A DNA stretch of 60,978 nucleotides, counting the filler. It is 7 parts of 7 records of this genome, joined end to end, with 100 filler letters (N's around TTAATTAATTAA, not from the genome) between each part and the next. Parts side by side here need not be neighbours in the genome. Positions count along the whole stretch, not along the records: positions 8,982 to 14,443 come from SRR31147125_52107; positions 14,544 to 20,635 come from SRR31147125_52198; positions 20,736 to 34,758 come from SRR31147125_52216; 4 more parts are not named here. One strand, 5' to 3'. A program made the position numbers and the translations under genes. This document shows, piece by piece, positions 10,745 to 20,868 of the stretch. Every line of letters starts with the position of its first letter. The first letter of the stretch is position 1. The notes below the pieces were generated by a model, which was given only the letters and a program-made list of their open reading frames with translations, ran no database searches and was not told the origin of the DNA.

Positions 10745-12348
10745 ATGAGACGCATTTGCTTATTGGCTATCGGAATCATGTTTTCAGTTCAGGCAATCGC
10801 ATTTGCCGAAGGAATTCCATACTCATATGAACAAGCTGAATGGTTCGTTATTTCCGAAAAAGGAACTGCCGCTCTGAAATCAGCTTTTCCAATCAAATCC
10901 TCACTTGGCAAAGGCAATAAAGTTTGCGAAATAAACGTTAGTCGCGACAATGCTCGTGTATGCGTCAAGGTAAAGCCGATGGTAAAAAATGTGCCCTCGT
11001 TTTCCATCCCGATCAAGCATTCAAAGGCGATAAAATAATAGGAAATTTTGCCATTCATAAAGCTGCCGACAATAACGCAAACGGCGCATGGGAAGTGCTT
11101 GCCAAAAAGCTTGGAAAAATCAAAAAGGATGTATGGACAAAATCCAAGCACGATCATGCCGAGTATCTGCATCTTGATGATAAAATCACAACTGTCATGA
11201 TGACTCTGCTTGATATGTATGAAACCAGCCTTGCTCATGAACTCTATAACGGACTCGCCGAACTCGACTATGACAAACAAAAAGCAGCAAGATTGTTGTA
11301 CTTATTGTATGGACAGGAAAAACGACTAAAAAATGCAGAGAAAGTTTACAAAGAGTTGACATCAGATGGAGCCGATGATCCTGTTATTAAAGCCATAAAA
11401 GCCAGAGTTCTTTCCATTAATGGTGAAATAGAAAAAGGAGCAAAACTGCTTGCCGAAGCTGTTGCAAACAGGCCAAAAGGCAGTGAGCTAAGATGCGAGC
11501 AAAGCTTTTTTACAATACAGCTAATCAATAAAGGAAACAGAGAAGGCGCGTCAGATAAAGTATGGCAGACTTTTAGAAATGAATTTCCTGACTGCCTAAA
11601 TCTCTACACTCATCAAATATGGAAAAACATCAACACAAAAGACATCAAAGATGCTTGTGATATTTGCGATGAAGCAATGAAAGCCTTCCCTGATAATCCA
11701 CAATTGATCTTTGCTAAAGCCTTTATACTTTATAGGCAAGGTAATTATACAGAAGCAGCAAATATGGTTATATCTCTCAGCAAAGTTAGAAAGAATAATT
11801 CCGAAATCCTGTTCCTGAATAATCAAATCCTTTCTGCATTTAATGAGCAAGAAGCAAAAGATTATTTAAAAGTTGCAACTAAAGAACTTGAAACAGATCA
11901 AAGCAACTTAATGTTTGGCCATGCAATCGGATATGTCAATTACAACCTAGGCAACTTTGATGATGCGATTAAAGCCATGCTTACTATAGAACCTCAATTA
12001 AAAACCAAGGAAAGCGTTTATCGTATTTTAGCAATGTCGTATTACTACAAAAACGACACAAAGGCAGCTACCAAATGGATTGAAAGTTTTGAGAAAGCTA
12101 TACCTCAATCCGACACAATTTTACGCATCAAAGCAATATTCTTTAGCAAAAAAGATATTGATAAATCAAAGGCTTTTCTTAAACAATACATGGATCGAAT
12201 CAAACAGGATGGCCTGACTGATGAGAAATTCATATTACAGATTCAAAATGAACTAAACAGCCTTGATAAAGGAGTAATTCCTCCCAAATGGGAAAAAGGA
12301 CCTTTATATAAAGCGGAAAACATTCAAACTGATCGTGAAGAAGGCTAA
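10745..12348 (+). CDS. Exported TPR-repeat protein, split by a probable frameshift near 10968
   Basis: GAGGTG RBS and a signal peptide (MRRICLLAIG...AFA) in one frame; continuation GKADGKKCALVFHP and TPR-like helices in the other. Confidence 0.6.
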
Positions 12349-12590
12349 ATCCGGCTATTTCCAATTATGAAGAATCGTGTTATCAAAAGGGGGCTTTTTT
12401 ATTAGCTGCTGTACTCATTGCGCAGGTTTGCTATTGCTACGCTAGTGCAGCATTACCTTCTGAGCTGATATTTCAAGAAAAATCCCAAAAAGATGTTATT
12501 CAGAACTGGACATTAAAAGACACCTTCTCTTCTCCCGTACTTATAGAATTTCTCTTTGTTCACGAAAAACATGGCGAGCTAAAAGTTCGA

Positions 12591-14443
12591 TTGATAGACA
12601 AAGATGAAAACAAAGGAGCTTTTAAAAGAAGCACTTCCTTTAACATTCTTTATGCAGGAAAACAAACAAAAGATCCGGATAGAAATCAATCGATTATCCT
12701 GCTTATGGAGGAAATTTCCTCACAAGTACAAAAGAATGATGCCGGTCAAATAAAGCTAAGGGCTCCTCCCAAAACAGAAAATAAAAACAATCTTCAAACA
12801 GAACAAAATGAAAAAGACAGAATTCTCCCATATGGCGCACCGGAATGGCTCACGATCAAGGCTTGGAAGATAGTCGATGCGCTTGAGCGAATGCTTGCTT
12901 TTATTTTACTTGTAGTTGCTTTATTCGGAATTTTTTTCCTGCTGCCGATAATTCGGAAAGATTTGTTTTTATGGAGTAAAAATGAAAGGTGGTTATTCTT
13001 TACTCTGGCTCTGCTCGCTTTTTTGCTGCGACTTGCTATACCAAACCGTTTGGTAATGGAATTCGGCGGCTATCAACTTCTTGATCAGGCGATCCACTTT
13101 GAGAAAATTTATCGCTATGGTGCCGGATCACCCATGTTTTACAACTTGCTTATGAAAATAATTCCAGGTGAGGCCGATGCTTATTTTCTGATAAATACTA
13201 TTTTCGGCAGCCTGACTATTGTTATCGCCTCATTGTGGCTGCAAAAAATTTTAAAAATCAACCGGCTTGCAATTGTATCTATTGTGTTCCTTGGTATTTC
13301 ACCTCTTTTGTTAAAGGATCATAACTCCGAAAGCAATCTCATTCCTGCCATGTTTTTCTTCTTTACGGGACTTTATCACCTAAGCAGTTACAAACGTAAA
13401 CACATTCATTCGCTTGTTTTTATACTTGCTTCATTTTTATTCTGTATTATTTCACGTCCACTGTTTTTTATCTTCATACCCGCTACTTTACTGATTCTGA
13501 ACTTCCGCTTCCAGGGTGTCTATCATTTTGAAATTCTGAGAAATAAAAAGAAGTGGATTGTCGGCCTGCTTGTTTTAACAGTTGTCGTTATAATAATTTT
13601 CCGACAAATTTTAATCCTGTATCTCGTTCTTGTGTTATTGATTGCTGAGTTACGAGATAAAAAATCTATTCGTAAGCTCGACTGGAAGTATTTGGCAAAA
13701 ATAAGCGGTCTGGCTTTAGTAATCCTGTCTCCTCATTTAGCCTTTTTGATTATCTACTATATCTCCGATCTTTCAAGTGGAGATGCAAGCGGTTTTCTGG
13801 GGGCATCCGAAGGATTAGTTCGCCAATTCTTTTCTGGCAACATGTTTTTACGGCCGGATATGAATCCACTTTTTTATACTGCCCTATTTCTGTTTGCATG
13901 GGTATTTGCCAAAAGCCGCCAAAGACTTGATCTAATGAGATTTACAGTAATTGGTTTTTGCTTCTTTGTTTTCTATTTCGTTGATGCTCCACCTCCTTCT
14001 TTGCCAAGATTACAGATTCCAAGTATTTATTTCTGGAGTTTTATTTCGGCTATCGGTTTGGCATTGTTTTTTGATAGCCAATGGTTTAAAAAGCGAAAAC
14101 TTCTGGCATTTTTGCCTATGATTTTGTTATCGAGTTTTTATTGGCCTATCAAAGGAGTGTGGGAACCTACAAACGCAGAAAGAGAACAGGAAGCTCTTGA
14201 ATATATCGCAGAAATCCTACCCGATAAGCCGGTTGTTTTCATTCGGATAGGCATTCCGGACAAACCAAAAACCTGGGGAATTTTCAGAGAATATCCGGAA
14301 TATCTGTTTGAAAAACCGAGACGCAATGATCGTATTATGGATATCTCTTCATGGATGTCTGCCTACAATAAAAATGAAATTAAAACGGATAGTTACTTTT
14401 ATCTTGGCATGCGTTGCTATGCTGTAAATTACAAGCGAAAACC
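12591..14443 (+). CDS. Polytopic membrane protein, GT-C-like glycosyltransferase candidate; 3'-partial
   Basis: More than ten hydrophobic segments and a KDHNSES loop. The true start may be ATG 12367, followed by homopolymer indels. Confidence 0.55.
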
Positions 14444-14543
14444 NNNNNNNNNNNNNNNNNNNNNNNNNNNNNNNNNNNNNNNNNNNNTTAATTAATTAAN
14501 NNNNNNNNNNNNNNNNNNNNNNNNNNNNNNNNNNNNNNNNNNN
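14444..14543. other. Artificial contig linker
   Basis: N run containing TTAATTAATTAA. Confidence 0.98.
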
Positions 14544-14544
14544 C

Positions 14545-15579
14545 CGCTACCTGACTTCGGCACAGCCGAACCTGGTTTGGAAAGGCATTCTGGAGGATGA
14601 TCCTTATCCAATTCGCGCTATGATCGTCAGCGGCAGCAACCCTGTCATCTGTCAGGCCGACAGCCACTTGATCAGAGATGCCCTGACGCGGCTGGACCTT
14701 TTGGTGTCATTGGATATGTTTGTCAACCCGACCAACGCTCTGGCTGATTACATCTTGCCGATGGCTGGAAGTCTGGAGCGCCCTGTGCTGCAGACCAATG
14801 CAGGTGTGTCTGACATCGCTTATGGAGGCCCTCCGGCCATTTTGCCGCTTTATGAACGCAGAACTGATTTTGCTTTCTGGAAAGATCTAGGTGTCTACTG
14901 TGGACAAGAAGCACACTGGCCGTGGGAGACCTTTGAAGACAGTCTTGATGATATCGTCCAACCGCTAGGAGTGAACTGGGAACAGTTTTGCCGGGCCGGT
15001 TTGTATGCGTCAGAACCAACTTACGAAAAATATCGACGAAAATCCTCAAACGGTGCTGAAGGATTTGCAACGTCCACCGGGAAAATCGAGCTCTACTCCT
15101 GTTTTCTCGAACAGTTCGGTGTGGACCCCTTACCTGAACATCAGCCTTCAGAAAAGAGTGCGGAACTGCCTCTCACTTTGGTGACCGGTGGGCGCAAACA
15201 ACCGCACTGGGCCTCTTCCTTTCGCCAACTTCAAACATTGAAAAAGCCAAACCAGCGTCCGACTGCGGAAATCAGCCTTGCGACAGCACGAGCAAACAAG
15301 TTGATTGACGGTCAGCATGTCTGTGTCGAAACGGCGTGGGGGACAGCGTCTTTTTATTTGAAGATCACCGAAATACGAGATGAGGTTGTCAATGTTGATT
15401 ACGGCTGGTGGTTTCCCAATCAGTCACTCGATTCCACTTCTCTCGGTGGCGCATTTGCAGCCAATGCGAACACCTTGACGACGGCACAATTTAAAACGGC
15501 TGACCCTGCTTTGGGGCAATGGAAATATAACGATATTCCTTGTCGGATTTATGCACAGCCTTCCGACAGAACAAAATAA
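14545..15579 (+). CDS. Bis-MGD molybdopterin/tungstopterin oxidoreductase, C-terminal part, acetylene-hydratase-like subgroup; 5'-partial
   Basis: PYPIRAM..GSNP, ADYILP...LERP, GFATSTGKIELYS, YGWWFP and NANTLT motifs; frame open to the contig edge. Confidence 0.85.
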   Translation, partial: RYLTSAQPNLVWKGILEDDPYPIRAMIVSGSNPVICQADSHLIRDALTRLDLLVSLDMFVNPTNALADYILPMAGSLERPVLQTNAGVSDIAYGGPPAILPLYERRTDFAFWKDLGVYCGQEAHWPWETFEDSLDDIVQPLGVNWEQFCRAGLYASEPTYEKYRRKSSNGAEGFATSTGKIELYSCFLEQFGVDPLPEHQPSEKSAELPLTLVTGGRKQPHWASSFRQLQTLKKPNQRPTAEISLATARANKLIDGQHVCVETAWGTASFYLKITEIRDEVVNVDYGWWFPNQSLDSTSLGGAFAANANTLTTAQFKTADPALGQWKYNDIPCRIYAQPSDRTK

Positions 15580-15613
15580 CCAGTCATCTGATGACTCATA
15601 AAGGAGACAGATT

Positions 15614-16447
15614 ATGAAAGCACGTAAAAACGCATTGATCTTTTTCACCAAGGTTCCGACCCCGGGGGTCACAAAGACACGTTTGACCAAAGAAGCGGGA
15701 GGGATTTTTACCCCGGAAGAAGCGGCAGAACTTTATCATGCCGTCATGCTCGACACTGCAGAGGTCGGGTATATTGCCCTCGAGCAACTTCAGTTAGGAA
15801 CCGACGATGACTACGCGTTTTTTGTCTGTTCGACTCCCGCATCAGACCATCCACGGTTAAAATCAATCTTCTCTGAATTGGGTGAGCGTAAGGTCGAAAC
15901 GCACTATATCTCCGACCAGGGGAAAGATTTTAACGAGCACTTCAATGATGCATTCCAGCAGGTGTTTAGTCTCGGCTACGATGCTGCTGTCGCGATTGGT
16001 GGTGATCAACCACAAATGACGACCAACAGTATTATCAGGGCTTTTGAGTGGCTCCGTGATTTTGCGGGGAAAACCGATGGCTCAGGCCTGGTCCACTGTC
16101 CATGTCAGGCTTGTGGCGTTTCTCTTGTAGGCTTGAACAAAAATACTGAGATGGATTTCGAAGGCGTCTTTTACAACACGAATGGGGTATCTGCTCTGGA
16201 CGCCATTATTAACATCTGTGAAGAAAAAGAGATTCCCGTCGCGGCTCTGGAGACGGTTGCGGACATCGACAACACTGAAGATCTCGCACATGCCTTGAGC
16301 CTGGCTCACTCTCAAAAATACACAAGCCGCTTTCAAAGTCAGGTCGTTGTCCCTGAGCGATTCCTCAACTGGGCAGACAAGACGGGATTGTGTGTCACCA
16401 CTCCACCGAATGAGGATCGTGACCCGAGAGAGCTGATCGATGCCTGA
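15614..16447 (+). CDS. DUF2064 / TIGR04282-like (CofC-related) transferase
   Basis: IFFTKVPTPGVTKTRL, IGGDQPQ, DIDNTEDL; unusual HCPCQACG motif; AGGAG RBS. Confidence 0.8.
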   Translation: MKARKNALIFFTKVPTPGVTKTRLTKEAGGIFTPEEAAELYHAVMLDTAEVGYIALEQLQLGTDDDYAFFVCSTPASDHPRLKSIFSELGERKVETHYISDQGKDFNEHFNDAFQQVFSLGYDAAVAIGGDQPQMTTNSIIRAFEWLRDFAGKTDGSGLVHCPCQACGVSLVGLNKNTEMDFEGVFYNTNGVSALDAIINICEEKEIPVAALETVADIDNTEDLAHALSLAHSQKYTSRFQSQVVVPERFLNWADKTGLCVTTPPNEDRDPRELIDA

Positions 16448-17420
16448 AGTTAAAGTTGATCTAGACCGCTGCAGCGGCTGTGGAATGTGTGTCAACTTCT
16501 GTCCGGTTGATATTTTTACTCTGGAGCAGAAAGACGCGCGGACGGTTGCTCAGGTTGTACGGGAGGATGATTGCTGGGCCTGCGATACCTGTGTCGGACA
16601 GTGTCCTGAAAATGCGATCCAGATCGTTGAAAGCAGGGAGGAGGCTCAGAAAAGAGAGGCCCTGTTCAAAACAAGAGCTGAGCCGCTACCATCCGAAGAG
16701 CGTGAACTCTACAAACAGTGGCATGAAACCTTGACCGACATTCTTGGTTTGCGCTGGGATCCTGTTGCGATCTCATTAATCAAAAAAGATCAGCTTCTAC
16801 CCGACGTTTCCATGCCACGTGTCAAGCTGCGCTTCTGTCAGTCATTAATGATGGCACGTCGTGGACAGTCGATATTGATGCCGGCCCAATGTCACGCCTG
16901 CCCGGATGGAACTCACATCCTCGGTTTGACTGAAATTCCTCCCAAACTGGCAAGCGGAGAGATGTATCTGCACTTTAAGAAGCTCGCAAATATGGACGCG
17001 GCTAAGCGGATGGTCAAAGAACGCCCGAGCCTGCCGGAACGGTCCACGTTGGCAACGCTAGTCGCTCCCCTGGAGAATGCTGCCGCGACACCCGATGTTA
17101 TCGCCGTTATCGCGAAACCGGAACAGATCATGTGGCTTACCATGAGTGCTTCTTTTGAAACCGGTCATCGCTCAGAATTCCATGTCAGCGGATACAACGC
17201 CCAGTGTGTGGAGACAACGCTACTTCCTTATACATCGCAGCGTTTCAATTTGTCTCTCGGCTGCTATGGGTGTCGTGCAAGTTCTGATGTGGGTGATGAG
17301 TTGATGTTTATGGGAATTCCACGTGCTCAGATGCCGGCCCTGATGGAAGGACTCAACAAGCTGGGGCGTAAAGCGATCTCAGACTCACGAAAAAAAATAT
17401 ACTTGCCGCCCAATGTTTAA
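16440..17420 (+). CDS. 2x[4Fe-4S] ferredoxin fused to a DUF169 domain
   Basis: CSGCGMCVNFCP and CWACDTCVGQCP; RFCQ, HACPDG and SLGCYGCR; overlaps the upstream stop codon. Confidence 0.88.
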   Translation: MPEVKVDLDRCSGCGMCVNFCPVDIFTLEQKDARTVAQVVREDDCWACDTCVGQCPENAIQIVESREEAQKREALFKTRAEPLPSEERELYKQWHETLTDILGLRWDPVAISLIKKDQLLPDVSMPRVKLRFCQSLMMARRGQSILMPAQCHACPDGTHILGLTEIPPKLASGEMYLHFKKLANMDAAKRMVKERPSLPERSTLATLVAPLENAAATPDVIAVIAKPEQIMWLTMSASFETGHRSEFHVSGYNAQCVETTLLPYTSQRFNLSLGCYGCRASSDVGDELMFMGIPRAQMPALMEGLNKLGRKAISDSRKKIYLPPNV

Positions 17421-17706
17421 ATCGCGATTGATAGTGATCGTTGAGTCAAAATGAGATAAGCAAGCTGAAATGGTGCAAATTGGAACGGAGATAATGCTTT
17501 TTTCTGGCAGAAAATTGTGAATGAGAGCCTTTGACCTTTTGTTTTCGTCTCCGACCATTCTGATTGAGGTTGTTCTATTTGGTGCATGTTCAAATGGCGT
17601 CAGAAACCTCAGAAAATAGCTTTATTTTATCCATCAACGGACATGTTTGGAAAGGCTTCGACCGTATACAGAATCGAGGCCTTTCTTTTTTTCTGATCTT
17701 GGAATG

Positions 17707-17722
17707 TGGCACTTAACTTGCT
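17707..17722 (+). promoter_or_regulatory. Sigma-54 (-24/-12) promoter
   Basis: TGGCAC-TTAAC-TTGCT, an exact TGGCAC-N5-TTGC match. Confidence 0.85.
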
Positions 17723-17842
17723 GTTAACTGTATTGAAAATAGAAAAAGTAAAGACATCTTCTGTTGTCGTACGTGATCTTCCAATGGTGCATGGTGTGCC
17801 ATAAATCTTATATGTTCCCTAGCAAAAAGAAGGAGAGTCGTT

Positions 17843-17983
17843 ATGTGTTTTAGACCAGGTGGCGTAGAGAAGCCTCAAGAATGTCCTAAGTGTGGAAAAA
17901 AACTGGTTGCTTTGGGTGGCGTTAAGCAGAAAGTTTGCCCTTTCTGCAAGACCCCTCTGGATCAGGATCAGAAAGATAGCTGA
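17843..17983 (+). CDS. 46-aa double-CxxC (zinc-ribbon-like) protein, absent from the ORF track
   Basis: AAGGAG RBS; MCFRPGGVEKPQECPKCGKKLVALGGVKQKVCPFCKTPLDQDQKDS; has its own promoter and terminator. Confidence 0.85.
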   Translation: MCFRPGGVEKPQECPKCGKKLVALGGVKQKVCPFCKTPLDQDQKDS

Positions 17984-18008
17984 TTTCACTTTTCCGATGT
18001 TTGATATG

Positions 18009-18043
18009 AAGAGGCCCGTAAAATCAAATTTTACGGGCCTCTT
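18009..18043. terminator. Bidirectional terminator
   Basis: Perfect 16-bp inverted repeat AAGAGGCCCGTAAAAT-CAA-ATTTTACGGGCCTCTT between convergent genes. Confidence 0.85.
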
Positions 18044-18084
18044 TGTATTTGTATAGCTCAATAGAAGAGGTCTAGACAAGAGGT

Positions 18085-18444
18085 CTAGACGGCAGCTTCT
18101 TTCTGGGTTTCTTCTGGTGCCGGGTTGTTGAGGTCTACCTTGGCTCCTTTTGGACGGTTGCTGAGCAAGGAGTTGTCGACCGCTTGCAGGTCAACATCGA
18201 TGACCTGCATGGTAACTTCTTTGGCTTCCTTGTTCCATGTTACCTCGATGTCAATGCTAGCCTGTGTGTCATCATTCGTCAGGCGTATATTCCCATCTTC
18301 ACCAGAGACCAGGAGCTTCTGGGCAAAGCTTTCAACGAGACGGAATATTTCGAGGTGATTAAACTTGGCTTCGACCAGTGTTTCAAGAGTTTTTCTCTCG
18401 ATTCCAATTGTGACGTCATTGTCTTCATATTTAGTTTTAAACAT
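18085..18444 (-). CDS. Hypothetical acidic protein
   Basis: AGGAG RBS; 119 aa; follows moaA on the same strand. Confidence 0.7.
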   Translation of the reverse strand: MFKTKYEDNDVTIGIERKTLETLVEAKFNHLEIFRLVESFAQKLLVSGEDGNIRLTNDDTQASIDIEVTWNKEAKEVTMQVIDVDLQAVDNSLLSNRPKGAKVDLNNPAPEETQKEAAV

Positions 18445-18502
18445 TGTTCACTCCTGTGTTTCTGTTGATTGTTTGTTGTTGAATGCTATCTAGTTAAATG
18501 TT

Positions 18503-19483
18503 TTAGCCGCCAACCTGAGACATGACAAAGCTGCTATGGTCGCATTGTGTTGTTGAGACCGAATGACATTTTGGTTTGTTGATGACCAGGTTTTTCAGTT
18601 GTTGCCTTAGCATGTCGGTGTTGCCATTCTTGAGGTAAGGCTTCAGGTTGACGGACTCATCAGAAAAGAGACAACTTTTAGCCTCTCCGGTTGAGGTGAC
18701 GCGGATCCGGTTGCACTGTTCGCAGAAATGATTTGAAAGCGCTGTAATGAAGCCGATGGACCCCGTGCTTCCGACAATTCTATAGTCAGTTGATGGTCCT
18801 GCAAAAGCCCCCTTATCGATTGATTCAAGAGGATAGCGAGCGGAGATCTTTTCAAGGATTTCACTTCCTGAAATCCAATACCTCTGCCAGTCATCTTCTT
18901 TCAGGGTCGGCATGTATTCAATGAATCTGATGGCGTAACCATTCGTGTAGGTCAAATCGACGAAATCAAGAATTTCATCATCGTTAATGCCCCGCATTGC
19001 GACAATGTTCAGTTTTGGAAGAGGGAACCCTGCATCGAGTGCTTTTTGAATTCCACTGAACACTTTTTTAAGATCTCCGCCTCGAGTGATTCTGGCAAAC
19101 CGCTCTGGGCGCAGTGAGTCCAGACTGATATTGAGTCGTTGAACGCCGGCCAGATAGAGGTCGGATGCCATGGTGTCGAGCATCTGTCCGTTTGTCGAAA
19201 GAGCCAGGTGTTTTAAACCGTCAATGGCTGACAAGGAACCAAGAAATGGGATGATTCCTTTGCGGACAAGAGGTTCGCCACCAGTGATCCGAATTTTTTC
19301 GATACCAGATTCAACAGCTGTCCTGGAAAGCGTCAACAGCTCATCGTAACTCAGAATGTCTTCATGTTCGCAAATACAGACGCCGTGCTCAGGCATGCAG
19401 TAAAAACACCGGTAATTACATCTGTCAGTGACAGAGATTCGAAGGTAGTTGATCTGGCGTCCGTATGAGTCTGTTAGTTTCAT
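18503..19483 (-). CDS. moaA: GTP 3',8-cyclase MoaA
   Basis: LRISVTDRCNYRCFYC, FCEQCNRIR...C and C-terminal MSQVGG. Confidence 0.97.
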   Translation of the reverse strand: MKLTDSYGRQINYLRISVTDRCNYRCFYCMPEHGVCICEHEDILSYDELLTLSRTAVESGIEKIRITGGEPLVRKGIIPFLGSLSAIDGLKHLALSTNGQMLDTMASDLYLAGVQRLNISLDSLRPERFARITRGGDLKKVFSGIQKALDAGFPLPKLNIVAMRGINDDEILDFVDLTYTNGYAIRFIEYMPTLKEDDWQRYWISGSEILEKISARYPLESIDKGAFAGPSTDYRIVGSTGSIGFITALSNHFCEQCNRIRVTSTGEAKSCLFSDESVNLKPYLKNGNTDMLRQQLKNLVINKPKCHSVSTTQCDHSSFVMSQVGG

Positions 19484-19530
19484 GTCAGGCCTCGTCGGTC
19501 GTACTCGGTTATTGGCCGGGGTACGCTGTC

Positions 19531-20140
19531 TTAGTAGTTAAGTAACTGTTCGTTTTCTTCCCTGCGCTGATAAATCAATTTGGCTCCAGCCGATCGGGTT
19601 TTTTCCAGAGGTTCTCCCAGCGCGTAATAGGCCCGTTCGCCAGCACTGCTGACTAAGGGGTCAATCCGCGCGGCGATCGGAATGTTCTGATCGTTAAGAA
19701 CGGATTCGTCCGCTTTGATATCTAAAACTTGCCCTATAAACTGTGTGTGTGATCCGATGTCGAGTTGGTGGATTAACTTACATTCGAGGCAAATTGGAAA
19801 TTCTTCAACATAAGGAGCATCAACCAGAGTGCTGCGTACGGCTGTCAGGCCAGTATTGGAAAATTTGTCACTGTTGACCCCAGAGACCATGCCGATGTAA
19901 TCAACTTCAACGAGGTAGTCTCTTGGAGGGATGTTGACCGTAAAGGCTCCATGTTCGACAACGCCTGCATAGGTTGCTCTGTTTTTTCTGATGGACACGC
20001 CCAGACAGGGGGGCGCCGTGCAACAAATAGAGCCCCAGGCGGCAACCATAATGTTTGGCTGCTCGTGAACGCCGTAACTTCCGATGACCCATACGGGTGT
20101 CGGAAGTGCGTAGGCTTTAGGGCCGAGTGAGATTTTTCAT
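19531..20140 (-). CDS. Flavin reductase / flavoredoxin family protein; +1 indel just after the start
   Basis: The typical N-terminus KISLGPKAYALPTPVWVIGSY is in frame upstream of the tracked ORF. ATG 20140 is one base out of frame at an A5 run. GSHTQFIG motif. Confidence 0.88.
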
Positions 20141-20164
20141 TGCAAACCTCTCCATTCCTCGTAA

Positions 20165-20635
20165 TTAAAGTGAAAGTTCCATTCCATCATAAGCAAGAAA
20201 GACGTTTGGCTGATCCGCGAGGTGCTTTTGCAGGTCACAGACAGTCATCGGATGGCTGTAGTGAATCGCCAGATGCGTCAGTACGGTGTTTTCTGCACCG
20301 ATTTCGCGACCCAGTTCAACCGCCTCATCGATCGACATATGACTGTTCGGATACCAATTGTCACCGGTAAAAGTTGCATCACAGACAAACCAACCCAGAT
20401 TTGTCAGCTTCTGTTTCGTTGTGTCGGGTAGCCCCGCGGTGTCTGGGAAATAGGCCAGTGTGTTGTTTTCTGATGTGATCAGGAAACCAGCTGTTTCAAC
20501 ACCATGATTTGCTGGAAGAGGTGTGACCGTACACCCTTCTAGTTCGTAAGAATGACCGAATTCCCAGGACAGTGTCGTAAAGACATCTGACAGGTCGGGA
20601 AACGCTTTTGAAATAAACCGATAGCCGATGGCGGA
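20165..20635 (-). CDS. MBL-fold metallo-hydrolase (PhnP-like); 5'-partial; not in the ORF track
   Basis: Hand translation: PLPANHGVETAGFLI...AYFPDTAG...CDATF...SHMSIDEA...VLTHLAIH...LAYDGM. Confidence 0.85.
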   Translation of the reverse strand, partial: SAIGYRFISKAFPDLSDVFTTLSWEFGHSYELEGCTVTPLPANHGVETAGFLITSENNTLAYFPDTAGLPDTTKQKLTNLGWFVCDATFTGDNWYPNSHMSIDEAVELGREIGAENTVLTHLAIHYSHPMTVCDLQKHLADQPNVFLAYDGMELSL

Positions 20636-20735
20636 NNNNNNNNNNNNNNNNNNNNNNNNNNNNNNNNNNNNNNNNNNNNTTAATTAATTAANNNNNNNNN
20701 NNNNNNNNNNNNNNNNNNNNNNNNNNNNNNNNNNN
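20636..20735. other. Artificial contig linker
   Basis: N run containing TTAATTAATTAA. Confidence 0.98.
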
Positions 20736-20736
20736 G

Positions 20737-20868
20737 ATCGATGCCATCTCCGGTGCCACCATCTCATCCGTATGCGTCACCACCATCATCAACACGGCGG
20801 TTGCCGACTTAGGGAATGAGTTGAGACAACGAAACAACCAATCACAAATTGAAAAAGGGAAAGAATAA
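20737..20868 (+). CDS. rnfG: Rnf complex subunit G, C-terminal end; 5'-partial
   Basis: IDAISGATISS FMN-attachment motif; its TAA abuts the rnfE ATG. Confidence 0.8.
   Translation: MDAISGATISSVCVTTIINTAVADLGNELRQRNNQSQIEKGKE

Noticed and set aside
14545-15579. Calling the molybdoenzyme acetylene hydratase itself
   Set aside because: Only the C-terminal part is visible, so the catalytic N-terminal residues cannot be checked.
16440-16447. Other TGA-ending ORFs as selenoproteins (DUF2064, rnfB, metG, map, pfp, MCFRP)
   Set aside because: The stops fall at natural C-termini or start-stop overlaps, with no interrupted Cys motif.
17420-17700. Moco/Tuco riboswitch near the Mo-enzyme genes
   Set aside because: Only a terminator-like hairpin at about 17651-17692 is evident, and I could not match the riboswitch core by eye.
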